64,000 nucleotides of DNA from Harriotta raleighana (Eukaryota), in the NCBI GenBank assembly GCA_050575255.1, contig JBNZDD010013727.1, positions 1,038,570 through 1,102,569 on the forward strand, in the 5' to 3' direction. The notes under the pieces are model-generated. The model searched no databases and had not been told where the DNA came from. It saw nothing but the letters and a program-made list of their open reading frames with translations. The translations under genes and the position numbers were made by a program. Each line of letters starts with the position of its first letter. Positions within the stretch are counted from its first letter, which is position 1. Of the stretch, positions 39,038-52,647 are shown piece after piece.

Positions 39038-41027
39038 CTAAAACAGAAAAAAAAGAAAATATGTGATTTTTAAAATCAAACATGAAATTTTGTTCTAGTT
39101 CTTTCCAACATGTACCTACAGTATAAATCAAGCTGTAGAAAGCTTTATTCCTTAAACAGTATTTTATTTATCAATCTTATACAACATATATTATATTTTG
39201 AGTCAGAATAATTATTAATACTTGACAATAATTCAATGAAAATACAGAAATGTGCACATGTTTGTTCAGCAACTTTGTTAACAGTTGAATTAAACTTCAT
39301 AGATTTTTCAATGACTAACAAGATGGCATAAGTATTTTATGAGGAAGAGGTAATGTCGGAACTTTCCGCTCACTTATTTCTGAGATTTTGTGTTTCTAAG
39401 AATTCAATTTCAAAACAATTATGTGTATTTACTACTTTGATGGGATGTTACATAATGCTTTCCATGGTCATTGAATTTAGAAACTGCCACAAACCTCTGA
39501 CAAAAAATTCTATTATTTACCAGCAAAAAATAAAATACTTAGTGGTACACAGTATTTAGAACTTGCAAGGTGAACAAACCACATACTGTAGTAACCAAAT
39601 CTAAATCTAATGTAATAATTCTGCAGTTGTTTTGATGGTAATAAAAGCCATCACACACTGGAAACTATTGGTCTGAACATTACTAGCCCACAGGCTATTA
39701 GCTCAACTTGCACTTTACTACAACAACAACAAAATTGCATTGGTAGAGTCATCCAAAGGCAGTGGACAATTAGTGTTTTGGACTCAAATTAGGGATTAGG
39801 ATTGGGGAGGGTGGAGTGTAGGGGGAGAAGGAATGTGATCAAAAACATGGTTGAAGAGGAGGATCTTGAGATAGGTCTTGGGAAGCAAGGGGGAGGTGGA
39901 GGGACTGTGGGATGGAGTTCCAGAGGATGGGAGTAGAATAGCTGAACGAAAACAACAACAAAATTGCAATTGCAAAGCGCCTTTTACATCGGGAGGACGT
40001 CCCAAGGTGCTGAACAATTTATACCTAATTTGAAAGGTCTGCACTTGGGTGTTACATGGGCACATGAGTCCTCCCAGATGAGCATAGAAAAAGAAGAAAT
40101 GTCTGTCTGTGTGTCAATCCATATTGGATCCTTTGTTGCAGGCGTAGGTACAACAGATACAGCTGGTATATAATAATGTTACAATGTGATTATTCTTTGC
40201 TTACTAGACATAGAAAATAAACCTAGGTAGTAGGGATTTGGGAAGTATGAGAGTAATTATTTTATGAATTCAACATTGCAAACATTAAGTGTAGTTAAGA
40301 ATTCATGTGCGCACATAATTTCTGATGACTTGCCAGAAACACAGAAAAGAAGATTGGATGTTACAAACTAGCCGATAGCCATCTGAGCAGTATTCTTTGG
40401 CTGAAAACATTAACTCTAGAATGGCATTAAGTCAGAATCCTGCACGAGATAATTCAGGTGATTTCCAACATGGGAGATAATATCTGTGACAACTAAAATG
40501 GCTTTTGGTGGATTAAACGTATATGTACCCAGTGCCTTTAAACAGTAGTTTTATAGGGTTCTCTGGTCTGCTGTGGAACCAATGGACAGTTGGTTAAACA
40601 GTTATGTTTAATATATTAATCTGTTGCAAATCAAAAAGGGATTGATTCTAGTCTTAGACTTTGACGTAGATTTTAAAGAGCTGTTTTTGCAGTCTCTACT
40701 CAAAGATAGGACACATGCAGCAATCCTTTAGTGATGGATTTCATTTCTAATTATTAAGAACTGGTCAATTGGTTCGACTCCAAAGGCACTAATGGTTTTC
40801 CATTTCATTAGATGCCTCTTGCGTAAGTACATGAATCACACTATTGTATAATGAAATTCACTGCTAGTGCTAATGTGTCGAATTTTCCACCCCCTCACCA
40901 GGTCAAATTGTTGACCTTACTGCCAAACAGAGATACTGGTGATGCCCATAATAACAATATCCCAGCATGATTCATTGGTCTCAGAAAATTCAGGGGAAAT
41001 ACTCTGGGAAACTTTGTATCTATTTTA

Positions 41028-41415
41028 CAGTAAAACCTTGTTTATCCATGACCCGATCAATCAGATTGCTCGACCCCCTCTTGGGACAATTCCCCATTCC
41101 AGGAATCGTGAGTTAGCTCACTTTGCGCATGCGTGCAATGCGTTCGCATGCGCACTTATTAAATTTACGAACTTGGGTTTTTTACCGATCAGTAAAAAAT
41201 GCTGTTTTACTGATTTTTTTTACTGACTGTGCTGGAATGCTTTATTGGTAAGTATTCATACAATATTCTGTTACCATTTAGTCTATTATTAACATGGTAT
41301 GTTTTAAAATAAGTAAATTTTTTATGTTGGGTTTTTGGCAACTTGTCCCCCGTTTATCCAGCACAGTCAATTAGTCGACCCCCCCCGAGCATGCCGGATA
41401 AATGGGGTTTTACTG
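41028..41415. mobile_element. Tc1/mariner (pogo/Tigger-like) MITE, family A
   Basis: TIRs CAGTAAAACC..TTTATCC / GGATAAATGGGGTTTTACTG, TA flanks. Confidence 0.85.
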
Positions 41416-42689
41416 TATTCCTAAAGTGAGAATGTGCACAATAGATTGTTAGCTATTTAAAATTAAATATTTATTAAAATTTGTAAAACTGTATTCCGGC
41501 CGTAATTAATTTCCTCACAGCACAAAAACAGAGAACACATAAAACAAAGTTAACACCTTTCATTCATTATGGAACAACGTTGCAACAAATATTCAAATAA
41601 AGCTTGAAAAATACCACATTCTTTTTATAAAAATAAGAAAATAACCACAATTAATTGATAATGAATAGATAGGGCAGTGCTGTCAACTGCACCTCACATT
41701 TCACTATTTTTATGGAGAATTTCAAAATGCAAAGAGTTTTCATGAAGACCTGTGTTGTGATATGGATTGAGGGACAGCAAATGCTGTTGGATATTATTGT
41801 TCAGTAAACCTCAAATGCTCCCAGCTTCAGCTGGTGTTGTGCAACTGAATATGTATGATGCACTTGAAAAGATGGGGAGGAGTTTGGCAATTGAAAATAA
41901 AAAGGGAGTTTTAAATTGAATCTCGCAACAAAAACGCAGCGTAAACACAATGCACTGAATAGCCTCATTCTGTATTGAAAATTTTCATGTTTCCCTGAAA
42001 AGCTCATCTTCTGTGATTGCATTACATGATTTCTCAACTTGCACTCAAGAGGCTCAGTATCCTATTACTGTACTTGAATGATGAGCATATGCTGAGCAGT
42101 GTTGTTGATGTGGCCCTACATTCAGATTGTAGCACATCATTCAATGGACAGTAATAGGAGATGGTTCATGGGTCAGGGCAGCAATTCATTTGCGTACTAC
42201 GTTTTCCATGAGACACATGTTCGGTCGAGGAGGCTTCAGAGCAGAATCAAAGGCATAATTCTGAGATCAGGGCTCTCAGTTATGAAGAGAGAATCCTAAA
42301 ACTTAAAAACTTGTTTGTGTTAGAGAAGATTCAGATGAAGCATGATCCATGCTTTTTTTAAAAAAAGACATTGATTTAATCTGAGTACAAAAAACAAAGA
42401 CATGATTGTAGGACAAATAAGATGCAATGAAAACACAGTGAATGACTCCCTCCCCCTACCCACCATCGACCCCCAAGTGAAATATACAATCAAATAATCT
42501 AATAATCTAATTTTTCAATTAATTCTTTAAAAAAACTGAATAGATATGCAACCAGGTTTTCCCAATGTTCTGGTCAATATTTCTGACCAATTATCTCTAG
42601 TAATGATTACAACTATTGGGAGTTGATAATTGTCTGGCTGCAAGTGTGCCGCACGCCCCACCAAATTAGCTACAATGGTTGGCCTGTAT

Positions 42690-42968
42690 ATCTCTTGAAG
42701 GTAAGAATGAGGGTTTGGTACTCTGAGAAATAGGGAACCAGTGAAGCTGGACAAGTATGGGAGTAATAGGTTCCCCGAGCCTGGTGCAGGAGAGAACACG
42801 AGCTGCAGACTTCTGAATAATCTGCATCTTGTAGAGCAAACCAGTGAGCAGGCAGTTAGTGTAGTCAACCTGGGAAGCAATGAAAGCATAGATCAGGTTT
42901 TGATAGCCTGAAAGGCAGTGGTGGAGGCAAGCAAAATTGCAGAGATGTGGAAAGGCGGAATGGGTCAT
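42690..42968 (-). mobile_element. L2 RT C-terminal fragment
   Basis: Translation LIYAFIASQVDYTNCLLTGL..QIIQKSAARVLSCTR..ITPILVQLHWFP. Confidence 0.8.
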
Positions 42969-42979
42969 GGCATGAATGT

Positions 42980-43215
42980 CATTGGTGGCCGGCTTTCAGC
43001 CTCTCTCCACCTTGCTTCTCCCCTTTCCTCCTTCAAGGCTGGTCTCAAGACCTTCCTCTTTGACTGCATCTCCAGCTCCCCTCCTAACTTCCCTCTCTCC
43101 CATTCTCCTTTCCCCCCCGCCGCTCAGCTTCCGACCTGACTGTTCAGCGCTTTGGGACAGCCTCCCGATGTGAAAGGAGCTATACAAGTGTAATATTGTT
43201 GTTGTTTTGTTGTTG
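42980..43215 (+). mobile_element. L2 3' end
   Basis: SSFKAGLKTFLF segment plus conserved tail and (TTG)n. Confidence 0.8.
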
Positions 43216-44331
43216 AACACTACTCTGGCCTAACTAATGTTGCATTACCTTTCCGTTTTTATATTCTAGGCACTTTCATAAAATCTAGGATTTCCATTTT
43301 TAAAAAAAGGTTTCATCATCTTCAGCAATTCAGTGATGAAATTAAAATAAACTGATTGCTGATGCACTGCATGATGATTTAACCTATTGTAGCCACAGAT
43401 TTAAAAAAATTGTTGTATCTGACGTGTGTATCTGAATGACATAAAACCACATAAGCATTGATGTACAGAGAATCAAGCTCCCTCCCACAAAACTGGAAGA
43501 AAATCAAACTAAAATACAAGAATACGTAGGCAATGACGCATACACAGATGCATGACAGAGCAGGAAGGTAAAACATGATGAAATATTTCCGTATCGCCTT
43601 GTTTAAGACCAGGATACTCAAAACAAGAGATTAATGGTGATTGCAATTGCAAAATTTCAGTCATTCAATTAACTCTTCTTCAATCCTTCTGCCTCACAAA
43701 CCGTTTGTCTTTAAATCCCTCAAGACCTTCTTCTTCAACTCGCTTATGATCACTTCCCCCTCCTTCCTCCCCTTTCCCCCATTCAGTGATGTGGGACATT
43801 TTCCTGTGTGAATGGTTCAAGATAAGTGCAAGTTGTTGTTAACAATAGATAGCCTAAAAAACCTCTAAGTTTTCTAGAATGTCTCAATGTAAACTCTCAG
43901 CATTGATAATTAACCTCTAGTAAACACTGGAAACTTTACAAGAAGTTTTACTTTACTTGTGTAATACAACGTATGCATGTGACATATCTGTATGAAATAC
44001 AATGTTCCGCATCTAAATCATGCTGTCCTATCCCCTATTCAATTGGGATGCAGCCAAGCCCAATGCAGCCTCAGCCACACACACAAACTCACATACAATA
44101 ATAATCCTTGCATTTGGCATCGCGCTTTTTGCATCTTCTAGACTTCTCAAAGCGCTTCATAGAATTTACTGTAAAATGAATTGACCTTATATTTGTGGGC
44201 AAATAATACTGCAGTATATATACACACATTTATAATATACACATATATATGTACACACATAATATAAATATATGTAATATATATTTATACATATATACAC
44301 TATACAGATATACACACACACACATAATATA

Positions 44332-44618
44332 TGGAGCCCTGTAGTTCAGTGGTTAGAGCACTCGTCTTACAAGCAAGAGACCTATTGTTTCCAGGCAGGG
44401 CAAAGTTTTCAGCAGGTTTCCTTACTCCACACGTCTGGTAATAATGCCACAAAAAAAAAGCAAATTAGTCATTTCAATCTATGACTATTTGCGGGATACT
44501 GCTGTACATAATTGACTGCTGCGTTTTGTCCACATATATACAGTATATTCTGTGAAGCGCTTTGAGACGTCTAGAAGACGTGAAAAGAACTATATGAAAT
44601 GCAAGCATTATTATTATA
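44332..44618 (+). mobile_element. tRNA-Deu-L2 SINE
   Basis: Homologous to 35499-35842. Preceded by an AT/AC microsatellite and an opposite-strand SINE tail (44097-44205). Confidence 0.85.
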
Positions 44619-44654
44619 TACACTTTTTAAAATATATAGATACATCTATACACA

Positions 44655-45152
44655 GGGATCAGGCCAATGCCAAATAAACTGCTTGCCGGTTATACAGTCG
44701 GATCCAACGCCGAAAACCCAACACAAATTTTGAAAAATTATTTTAACACATACCATATTAATAATAGACTAAATAATAACAGATAATAACAGAATATTGT
44801 AGGGGTATTTTGTTGTAAATGATGTACAATGTATCATATAAATACAGTAATAACAGATACTGTAATAACAGAATATTGCATTAGTACTTTATTATTTATA
44901 GTTAACTTCTGCAATGGCGGCTGCCATGAGAGGAAAACAAATGGCAGCGCGACTTTAAAAAAAAACGGCAGGCTCTACTAGCAGCAAGCCGAAATACCTG
45001 TTCAGTATTCTTGAACGATAACAGTTTCATTAAATGCGCCACCATTATTGTGCTGGATAACATCTGGTTAATAGGATGGGGACTTTTTTTTTCACGTGCC
45101 AGTTATATGGAATTTCCAGTTCATCAAGTTACGGATAAACTGGCTTTTACTG
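44655..45152. mobile_element. Family-A MITE, left end degraded
   Basis: Right TIR GGATAAACTGGCTTTTACTG+TA. Interior shared with 15632-16154. Confidence 0.7.
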
Positions 45153-45229
45153 TATATATATGTATATATATATACATAAAAATATTTACATATATATACA
45201 TAAATATATATATAGTATATAACGATTGG

Positions 45230-45830
45230 ATCACAGGATCACAAGATTGACCTAGATAAGATTGGGAGGGTCTGATTTCGATCCACCCAATCTTAGGCTT
45301 TCAAAATGCCCACTCTACATCCCCTAAACTAGTCTATTGACTTGGTCTCTCCTAACTTCCCAGCAATCTGTTCCAGGCATTGACTGCCCTCATAGGAAAA
45401 ACCTTCCTGGTATCTATCCTCAATTTACCATTTAAAATTCTAAACCTATGTCCTATTGTTCTACTGCCATGATACACACTATAGTACTGTATTAATCTGG
45501 ATTTACTTTTTCAATCCCATTTAACGGTTTGTAAATCATTATGAGGTCCCCTCTAAGTCATCTTGTCTTCAAGACTAAAGAGATTAATATTTCTATTTGA
45601 TGCTCATGGTTCACTCTTCTATCATTGGAGATCATCTTTGTTGTGTTGCTTCTGCCTGGACAAACCCTTTATGTCGCCTTAATCAGAACTGTGTGCAGTA
45701 TTCAGGATCTGAACAGAGCACTGAACAACCTGAGAATGATATCCGAGAATCTAAACCCAACTGATCAGCATCACATTTGCCTTGTGTTTTTTTACTGATG
45801 CCTCACATGTTTTGACATAGTAAACAACAA
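45230..45830 (-). mobile_element. Old CR1-type LINE 3' fragment
   Basis: Short tandem tail (atcacagg/atcacaag) and degenerate RT C-terminal similarity on the minus strand. Confidence 0.55.
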
Positions 45831-47554
45831 GTCAACTAACATCTCTATCTCTTTCAGCTTCCCCCTCGTCAAGACCCTGCATGGTCTGTATTTGTGTTCT
45901 CTATTCTTGGATATGTATTAAGATCTCTTTGTAGGAGTTTGCTGCCTCCTCTAATTGCACAGTTCCCTGCACAGGATTGCCGCAAGGAGCTAGATTCCAT
46001 ATTACTAGCTTTGCTCTAAAATGGGATAACTAAGCACAGAACACAGATTTTCTCAGTCTTTACAGCCTACGCTAATCCAACAGTACAGCTACTATTGTAA
46101 AAACAGAATAATTTTTTATTTTCCTGTTCTTTATTAAATATTTCAGTGCAATTTCCTTCTTTTTGTTCCCTACATAACAAAATATTTTGATAATTTTGCT
46201 TCAGACATGTCCAACCACATGATTGCTTACCCCTTCCAGGCAAACAGATTACATTACTATGTTCTGTCTGCACATAAACTTAGAATAATGCAGTTCAGAG
46301 CATGGTTTCTACCTTCTTCTGTTCATTGCTAAACTGTTAAAATGAGCTGGCATGCCCTAAGGATGGTGAAATTGACCTAGTCTTCAAGTGGATCTTGACA
46401 TTATGATCCATACTCCCTGCGGAAAAAAGCCGAGTGACACATCAGCAACAGAAAATTGTGGTGTGTGCATTCCCTACAACAGAAAAGCTGAGAGAATGGT
46501 TTAGACTGCATTATGGAATATCAATTGCGATTCAAAGTGCTAATTATAACTTTCCTGTAGCCATCTAAAATGTGATATACATGAAATGGAAAATTATGCT
46601 CCCTAAAAGCCACCAAAATGTGAAAAGGGCCTGGGGCCAAAACAGATGGTCAGGGAAAATTAGTTTTTGAAAGCATTAGCTGCGAGTTCTGAAAGTCACT
46701 AGCCTGCAAGAAAAGCTAGAGACTGAAATGCCATCTCTTCACAATCCATTTTGCTTTCCTGTTTTCTTTTGGCACTTTGACAGCTTTCAGAAAATTACTG
46801 ACCCCAATTGTGATCCTTTGACCACATAGGTTGACCGAGGAGGCTCAAATTAGCGCTTTCTTGCATGAAATTCCTGAACCTATCCTGCTTGGATCCCAGC
46901 AGTGGCTCCTCAATGCAGGCACTGACTAGTTCGACCTTGCCATTGATCACTCCAAAAAACATGCAGCCCTTATGCAAGCTCAACATTTGGTTGAACCCCT
47001 CAATTCTCCTCCAAATCTCTGGCCAAGTTTGCTCCCTCCATCATAGCAAGATCATCCACCTCCTCCACTACATCCGACTCTTTCCCTACCCCCATGCCTG
47101 GGTTCCATTGCATCAGCTAATTCACACTATGAATTTAAATATTTAACCAAATTGATCCAATTCACTCTCCAAGCATTTTCTGGTTAGAACTCGGAGGCAA
47201 ATGATCAAGGTGCTCATTTTGCTGGAGAGAGGTGTTTTAATCAATATCAAGAGACCTGAATTCCTTTTGTTTATGTAACTTTTCCTAAGTGGTGATTTTT
47301 ATCTTGAAGCCTGCTGTCACTCATAGATTAAAATTAGAAGGCTATACTTGGAAGGGATATAATGGACACACTATAATTAATGCATGAGGACACAGATATT
47401 TTAATGATTTTTCTTTCTGCCCTAAAAGGTGCAGGGACCCATCTGCCATTTGAAGAGATTAGACATTTTGTTTACTTTTTAACTACAATAATGTTCTCAT
47501 TGATTACTTTGGTGGTCACTGGATACTTTAACCCAAGGTACTTTCAGCACTCAG

Positions 47555-48122
47555 CTTGCCCTCCATCCACACTTTCAACACTTCCCGGCTGGACTACTCC
47601 AATACCCTCTTTGCTGGTCTCCCCAGCTTCACAGTAGACAAATTTAAACTAATTCAAAACTACACCGCCCGGATACGAACCCACATAAAACTCTGTATCA
47701 CTATCACACCAGTTCTTGCCAGGCTCCACTGGCTCCCGATTACCGAACGGATCAATTTCAAGATCCTCTCACACTTGTTCAAATACTTTCATGCCCTCGC
47801 ACCTCTCTATCTAGTTTGCTTACCTCGTCCTCACTCCACTATCCGCTGCCTCAGCTCGGCTGGCTCCGGGACTCCCTCATCCCTTCCGCTCCATCATCGG
47901 TGGCTGTGCCTTCAGCCACTATGCCCCAAAACTCTGGAACTCTCCCTCAATGCCTCCTCCTTATCACCACCCTCCACACTTTCAAATCCCGCCTAAAGGC
48001 TTTGCTTTTTGATCACACTTACAGTCACCTCTCCCCTCTCACTCACTCTGTGATTGACTATCAAGCACTGCAGGATGTTACCCCACATGAAGTGCACTTT
48101 ATAAATACAAGTAGTTGTTGTT
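47555..48122 (+). mobile_element. L2-type LINE 3' fragment
   Basis: Translation IHTFNTSRLDYSNTLFAGLP..IQNYTARI..ITPVLARLHWLPITERINFKIL. Confidence 0.85.
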
Positions 48123-48710
48123 ATCTTCAAGGAGAAGCTCAGCGTTGTCCGTTTTGTAAAAGATTTCAGGATTAATATCCAACAATGCTTGTTAGAGCAC
48201 AGTTTCTGCAAAAGCGTGGGATACACCAACTCTCGAATGGATTTCATTTCTGATAGACATTTCTATCTTCAACCTCCATCAGTGGACAGATAGAATTTGT
48301 TCCTCCTCCTTCACTGATCATTACTGTCTGAGATTCTGTACTTGGGAGGCAGGGTGGGTGGGTCTAATACACGAGAATGCTAAGTGTTAAATCGACTCAT
48401 AAACCTATCTGATAAAATCTACTTTTGAAGTGAGATTCACTGATCAATATAGCATGTGTTATGTAAATGGTATCCCACTTGATTTTTTTCAAAAACAAAA
48501 CCCTGTTTGAAATCGTCACAAGAGACTGAAATATAAAATGTTAACAGCCAGAAATATAAGATCATTGGTATTTAGCTCTATTATACCGCATGCCAAGTCA
48601 ACACCTGAATTTGTGAAATAACAATTGTGAAATATGGTAATCAAATTAGGGTTTTCAAAACATTTCAGCAGCTGTTGGGTGATGTGCAAGGATACAACAA
48701 CAAAGCTTAC

Positions 48711-48822
48711 CAGACTGTTGAACCCCAGTGTTCTTACAGCTTGCCTTAGGGTAGCAAATGTCTCTCTATTTTTAGTGGTCACTGTGGTTGGCACATCCTC
48801 TGCCACATTATGGTTCATGTAC
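48711..48822 (-). CDS. MYO16: MYO16 exon, 112 nt (YMNHNVAEDVPTTVTTKNRETFATLRQAVRTLGFNSL)
   Basis: Boundaries gcatag|G and CTG|gtaagc. In frame with neighbours and collinear with MYO16. Confidence 0.9.
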
Positions 48823-48950
48823 CTATGCAAACAATTATCACAAAACAGAGATGAAAGTATACGTTTGCCAGATCAATAACATTGAACTCCCCACTAATGT
48901 CCTGTAAACTAATACTTCACTGTTGAATGTCTGTTTATTTTAATACAATA

Positions 48951-49472
48951 CAGGCAGTCCTCTAGTTACGACGTTCCGAGGTACGACAATTCGAAGTTAC
49001 TACGCTTAATATCAGTAAAATTACGTCCAAGTTACATCCAAAGTCTCGAAGTTACGACACTACTATGTAAATACTTTAGTTGCCCCACGCGCGATAGAAA
49101 ACTGGAGTCGCCACTCTCAACACATACGGGACCACGATACGCGTACTGTACAGGCACTGTGTGAGTCTGTGAGCTCAGCGGTACAGTACTCTCAAGCTTT
49201 TAGACGGTGCGCTACGTCGCATGTGATCTCCTGTGTTGCCCTACATCGAGTGCCAGACTCACAATGAAGCCATGTAAGTACATAGTAATATTTTATTTAT
49301 AGAACTGTACATATTAGGAGGGGTGCAGGGGAGAGAGGGAAGCTCACTATACACTACAACCAATCACTGTATGTTACTGTAAGCATTATAGGGGGGTGAC
49401 TCGACTTACATACAAATTCGACTTACATCACATCTTAGGAACCTGATCCTGACGTAACTTGAGGACTGCCTG
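48951..49472. mobile_element. Tigger-like MITE, family B
   Basis: TIRs CAGGCAGTCCTC.AGTTACG, TA target duplication. Confidence 0.88.
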
Positions 49473-50139
49473 TACACAAAACTGTTGATGTATTTGAGGA
49501 AGAATACCTCCCCCTACTGGTGATTTCAATTACAACAACTGTTTGATACACAATGAAAATAAACATACAAAATGTTCTTATAACTTGTCTGATTTTTGTG
49601 TTTTTAAGATGAGATGTACATGGCAAATGCACAGAAATGACCCTTCCACAGTTTTTTTTAAAGAATTGCTCTAATTATCTATCTGCTCTCTTCTCCTGAA
49701 AATGTTTTATTCCTTTTACTTTTACTAAGTAATTATAACTGGTGGGACTTCAGCCAAATGGCCATTATTGAAACATGAGCTTTGAATGATTGTTGACACT
49801 CAGTGGGGGAGAGTAGGAGGTGGGTGTTGGGGTGGGGAGGGAGGGGCAGGAGAGAAGGGGGCAGAACCATCCATGTGCATCTGAATTTATTGGATCATAA
49901 TTAGGAGCAGTGACCCTGGCTATTTTCTTCCCTCTCTAACACAGGTCACTGAGGTAAAATTGCATAACTTCTGCTGCCGCCTCAGGTGCAGTTCAACTGG
50001 CAGGGTTTTGAACCCAGCAGATAGCTCTTGAAATCCTTCACAATATTTTGACTATCTTCCCTGGGGGAGGTAACTGGAGTGTCTATGGGATCAAGTTAGT
50101 ACAGTATATGATTGAGACATTGGCAAACAGAGCATAGAA

Positions 50140-50600
50140 GCGAGCCAACTCTCTGTGTTCGACAATCATATGGTTCATGAGTCAGGCAGGTCCACAGTAC
50201 TCCAGAGAATCACTATTGATCGACCAGCTTTGCTGGTTCATTAATGGGACTTATAGAGGTAGAGGTAGACATACCATTGGAGGGATAGCTGTTTTCCCAC
50301 TTGGCCTTACAATTCATCAATCTAGTAGGAAAGGAATTACCAGCTGGGCAAGCAGCAAGAAACTTTCCAGTCTTTTCTTGATAAGGTACTTCATGTTGAC
50401 TAGTTAAATCCCAGTAGTAATCTATGCACATTGGGGTCCCTAATGCTTCTGCATCTGTGTTCTATAAGGTATAGGCAAGAGGATGTGTCCTCCTCCAGGG
50501 GAGAGATAGCATACACTGGAACTGACAAACAGAAACTCTTAAGATTTCCTTGGAAATTGAAACTGCCAGAAAAGAAATCATATACGGAAAGTTCCATCTA
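50140..50600 (-). repeat. Unclassified ancient repeat, same family as 1785-3110 and 60100-60530
   Basis: Shared blocks such as gag(t/c)caggca..tcca.a.ta.tccaga and ggatgtgtcct..ccag.g.gagag. Strand is given relative to the 1785 copy. Confidence 0.55.
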
Positions 50601-50847
50601 GCTCAAAAACTAACTAAATACAATTACTGAGGGAGCTCTACACCCTCTTCGTGAATGCCAACCCACAGCAAAGTATACTTCCCACAACAACAGTTCACTG
50701 ACATATATAGGTGATGCTGGTGGTTTCAAGCTAGCATTAAATTAATTGTTTCCTTTCAACATTTAGCATTGAATGCAATTATTGGATTTTATGCATAAAG
50801 CACCTATGGAAAAAGCCCATTGGGAAAGAGCGCTCTAGGGCACATAC

Positions 50848-50995
50848 CTGTGTGCTGAAAGGTGGTTGAGGTACAAAGCACACTTCTCTTCACTTGTCAA
50901 GCCATCCATCATCAAGTAGAAAATATTAAAATTGCTCTGGTTGGGTAATCGAGCAAGAAGACGTGACTTCTCCAAACAGTAAGTATAAACTCTAG
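50848..50995 (-). CDS. MYO16: MYO16 exon, 148 nt ([50 protein letters not shown])
   Basis: LEKSR...NF.IFY myosin motif. Boundaries ttccag| and |gtatgt. Phases 1/2 consistent. Confidence 0.95.
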
Positions 50996-51495
50996 CTGGA
51001 AACCAAAAAAAAACATTTATTAGAAGCTTGTGTTACAACTTTCTGCAATTTTTTTAAATTATGAATTCCTATCATTCAGCAACAATAACACTAACAGCTC
51101 TGTAACGGTACATCAACAACAACAACAAACGGCAAAATTATATTTATTGAGNCAAACAGCAAAATTATATTTATTGAGCGCCCTTCACATTGGGAAGACG
51201 TCCCAATGTAAATCATTCCTTTACTTACACAGNACGGCAAAATTATATTTATTGAGCGCGCTTCACATTGGGAAGACGTCCCAATGTAAATCATTCCTTT
51301 ACTTACACAGTTTTACATCTTTAATGGGGCATGCAGAAAGATCATCTGGGAATGATTTTCTTTAAAAGCTGCACAGTATAAATAGGATTCACTATGCCAT
51401 GTAACTCGGATAAAGCACCTTGGACCATTTAAATACATTAGAAATAGATGGGAAACAATCCTGTTACAGTAAGGTAACTGCTTATACTCAGAATA

Positions 51496-52407
51496 CAGTA
51501 AAACCTTGTTTATCCGTGACTCGATGAACCGGAAAACCCGTTCAACCTCCACCTCAAAAAAAGTCCTGATTCGATTAACCGTAAGTTATCCGGCAAATAG
51601 TGATGACGCATTTAATGAATGGACTGTTGCAAGCGAGTGCAGTACTCTTGAGTGCAGTACTTGCAGTTGGCCACTAGGTATGTCTAAACTGGTGAGACGC
51701 TCAGAGCCCTGGGCAGCAGCCATTTACAGGTGTGAGAGGGGGACACACAATCACAGATAGAGAGGGACACACACACAGATAGAGAGACAGACACAGATAG
51801 AGAGACAGTGAGAGAGACATACACACTCAGATACAGAGAGGGAGGGAGATACATACAGACCCAGAGAGACAGAGGCATACACAGACACAGAGAGACACAC
51901 ACACATAGACAGAGAGAAAGAGGGGGAGAGAGACAGAGACGGAGAGACACAGACAGACACTCACACACAGACAGAGAGAGACACACACAGAGACAGAGAC
52001 ACATACACACCTAGATAGAGGGAGAGAGATACCACAGAGAGAGAGAGAGAGAGAGAGAGAGATCGCTCCTGCTCCCTTTAAAAGTCGTGTTTTTTTTTTA
52101 CCTCGATTATTTTCATCTGTTAATGGAAACTCACGCATAGTGATGCTTGGTCTAAGGTATTACAACACAGAAGTTGCTACTTTGATCCATTTGACCTAAA
52201 ATAGGTCGGGTGAAGGCTGCGATTGCGAAGTTAAGTATAAATAAAAGTACAAATACAATATTTTGTTATTATTTAGTCTATTATTAATATGGTATGTGTT
52301 AAAATATATATATTTTAAATTTATTTTTAAAAATCTGTTCAACCGGAAAAATGGTTTAACCACCACTGGCCAGGTCCCGTGGGTGCCGGATAAATGAGGT
52401 TTTACTG
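51496..52407. mobile_element. Tc1/mariner (pogo/Tigger-like) MITE, family A, with a long internal GA/CA microsatellite
   Basis: TIRs CAGTAAAACCT..TTTATCCG, TA flanks. Confidence 0.88.
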
Positions 52408-52647
52408 TATTGTGCTTTGGAAACATTATTATAAGATATTTACATTCATGGGCAAGAATGGATTAAGACAATTGTAATGTCTGCTGGTTCCTCATTATAA
52501 TATACACACACGCAGACTTTCAACTGTAAAAGTCAATTTAAATTAAGTCCTCTGATACGTACTCAATGTAATAGTATTATAAAAGTACTCAGTGCAAAGA
52601 AAAAATGACAAGGATTAAATGAATGGCTTTAAAGGCAAACTTGTGTA

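Noticed and set aside
51684-52138. Cys/Val/Ser-rich or Arg/Glu-rich ORFs (also 56504-56878, 10180-10759, 14613-15161, 37055-37303)
   Set aside because: They are translations of CA/GA/CT microsatellites, mostly inside MITEs.
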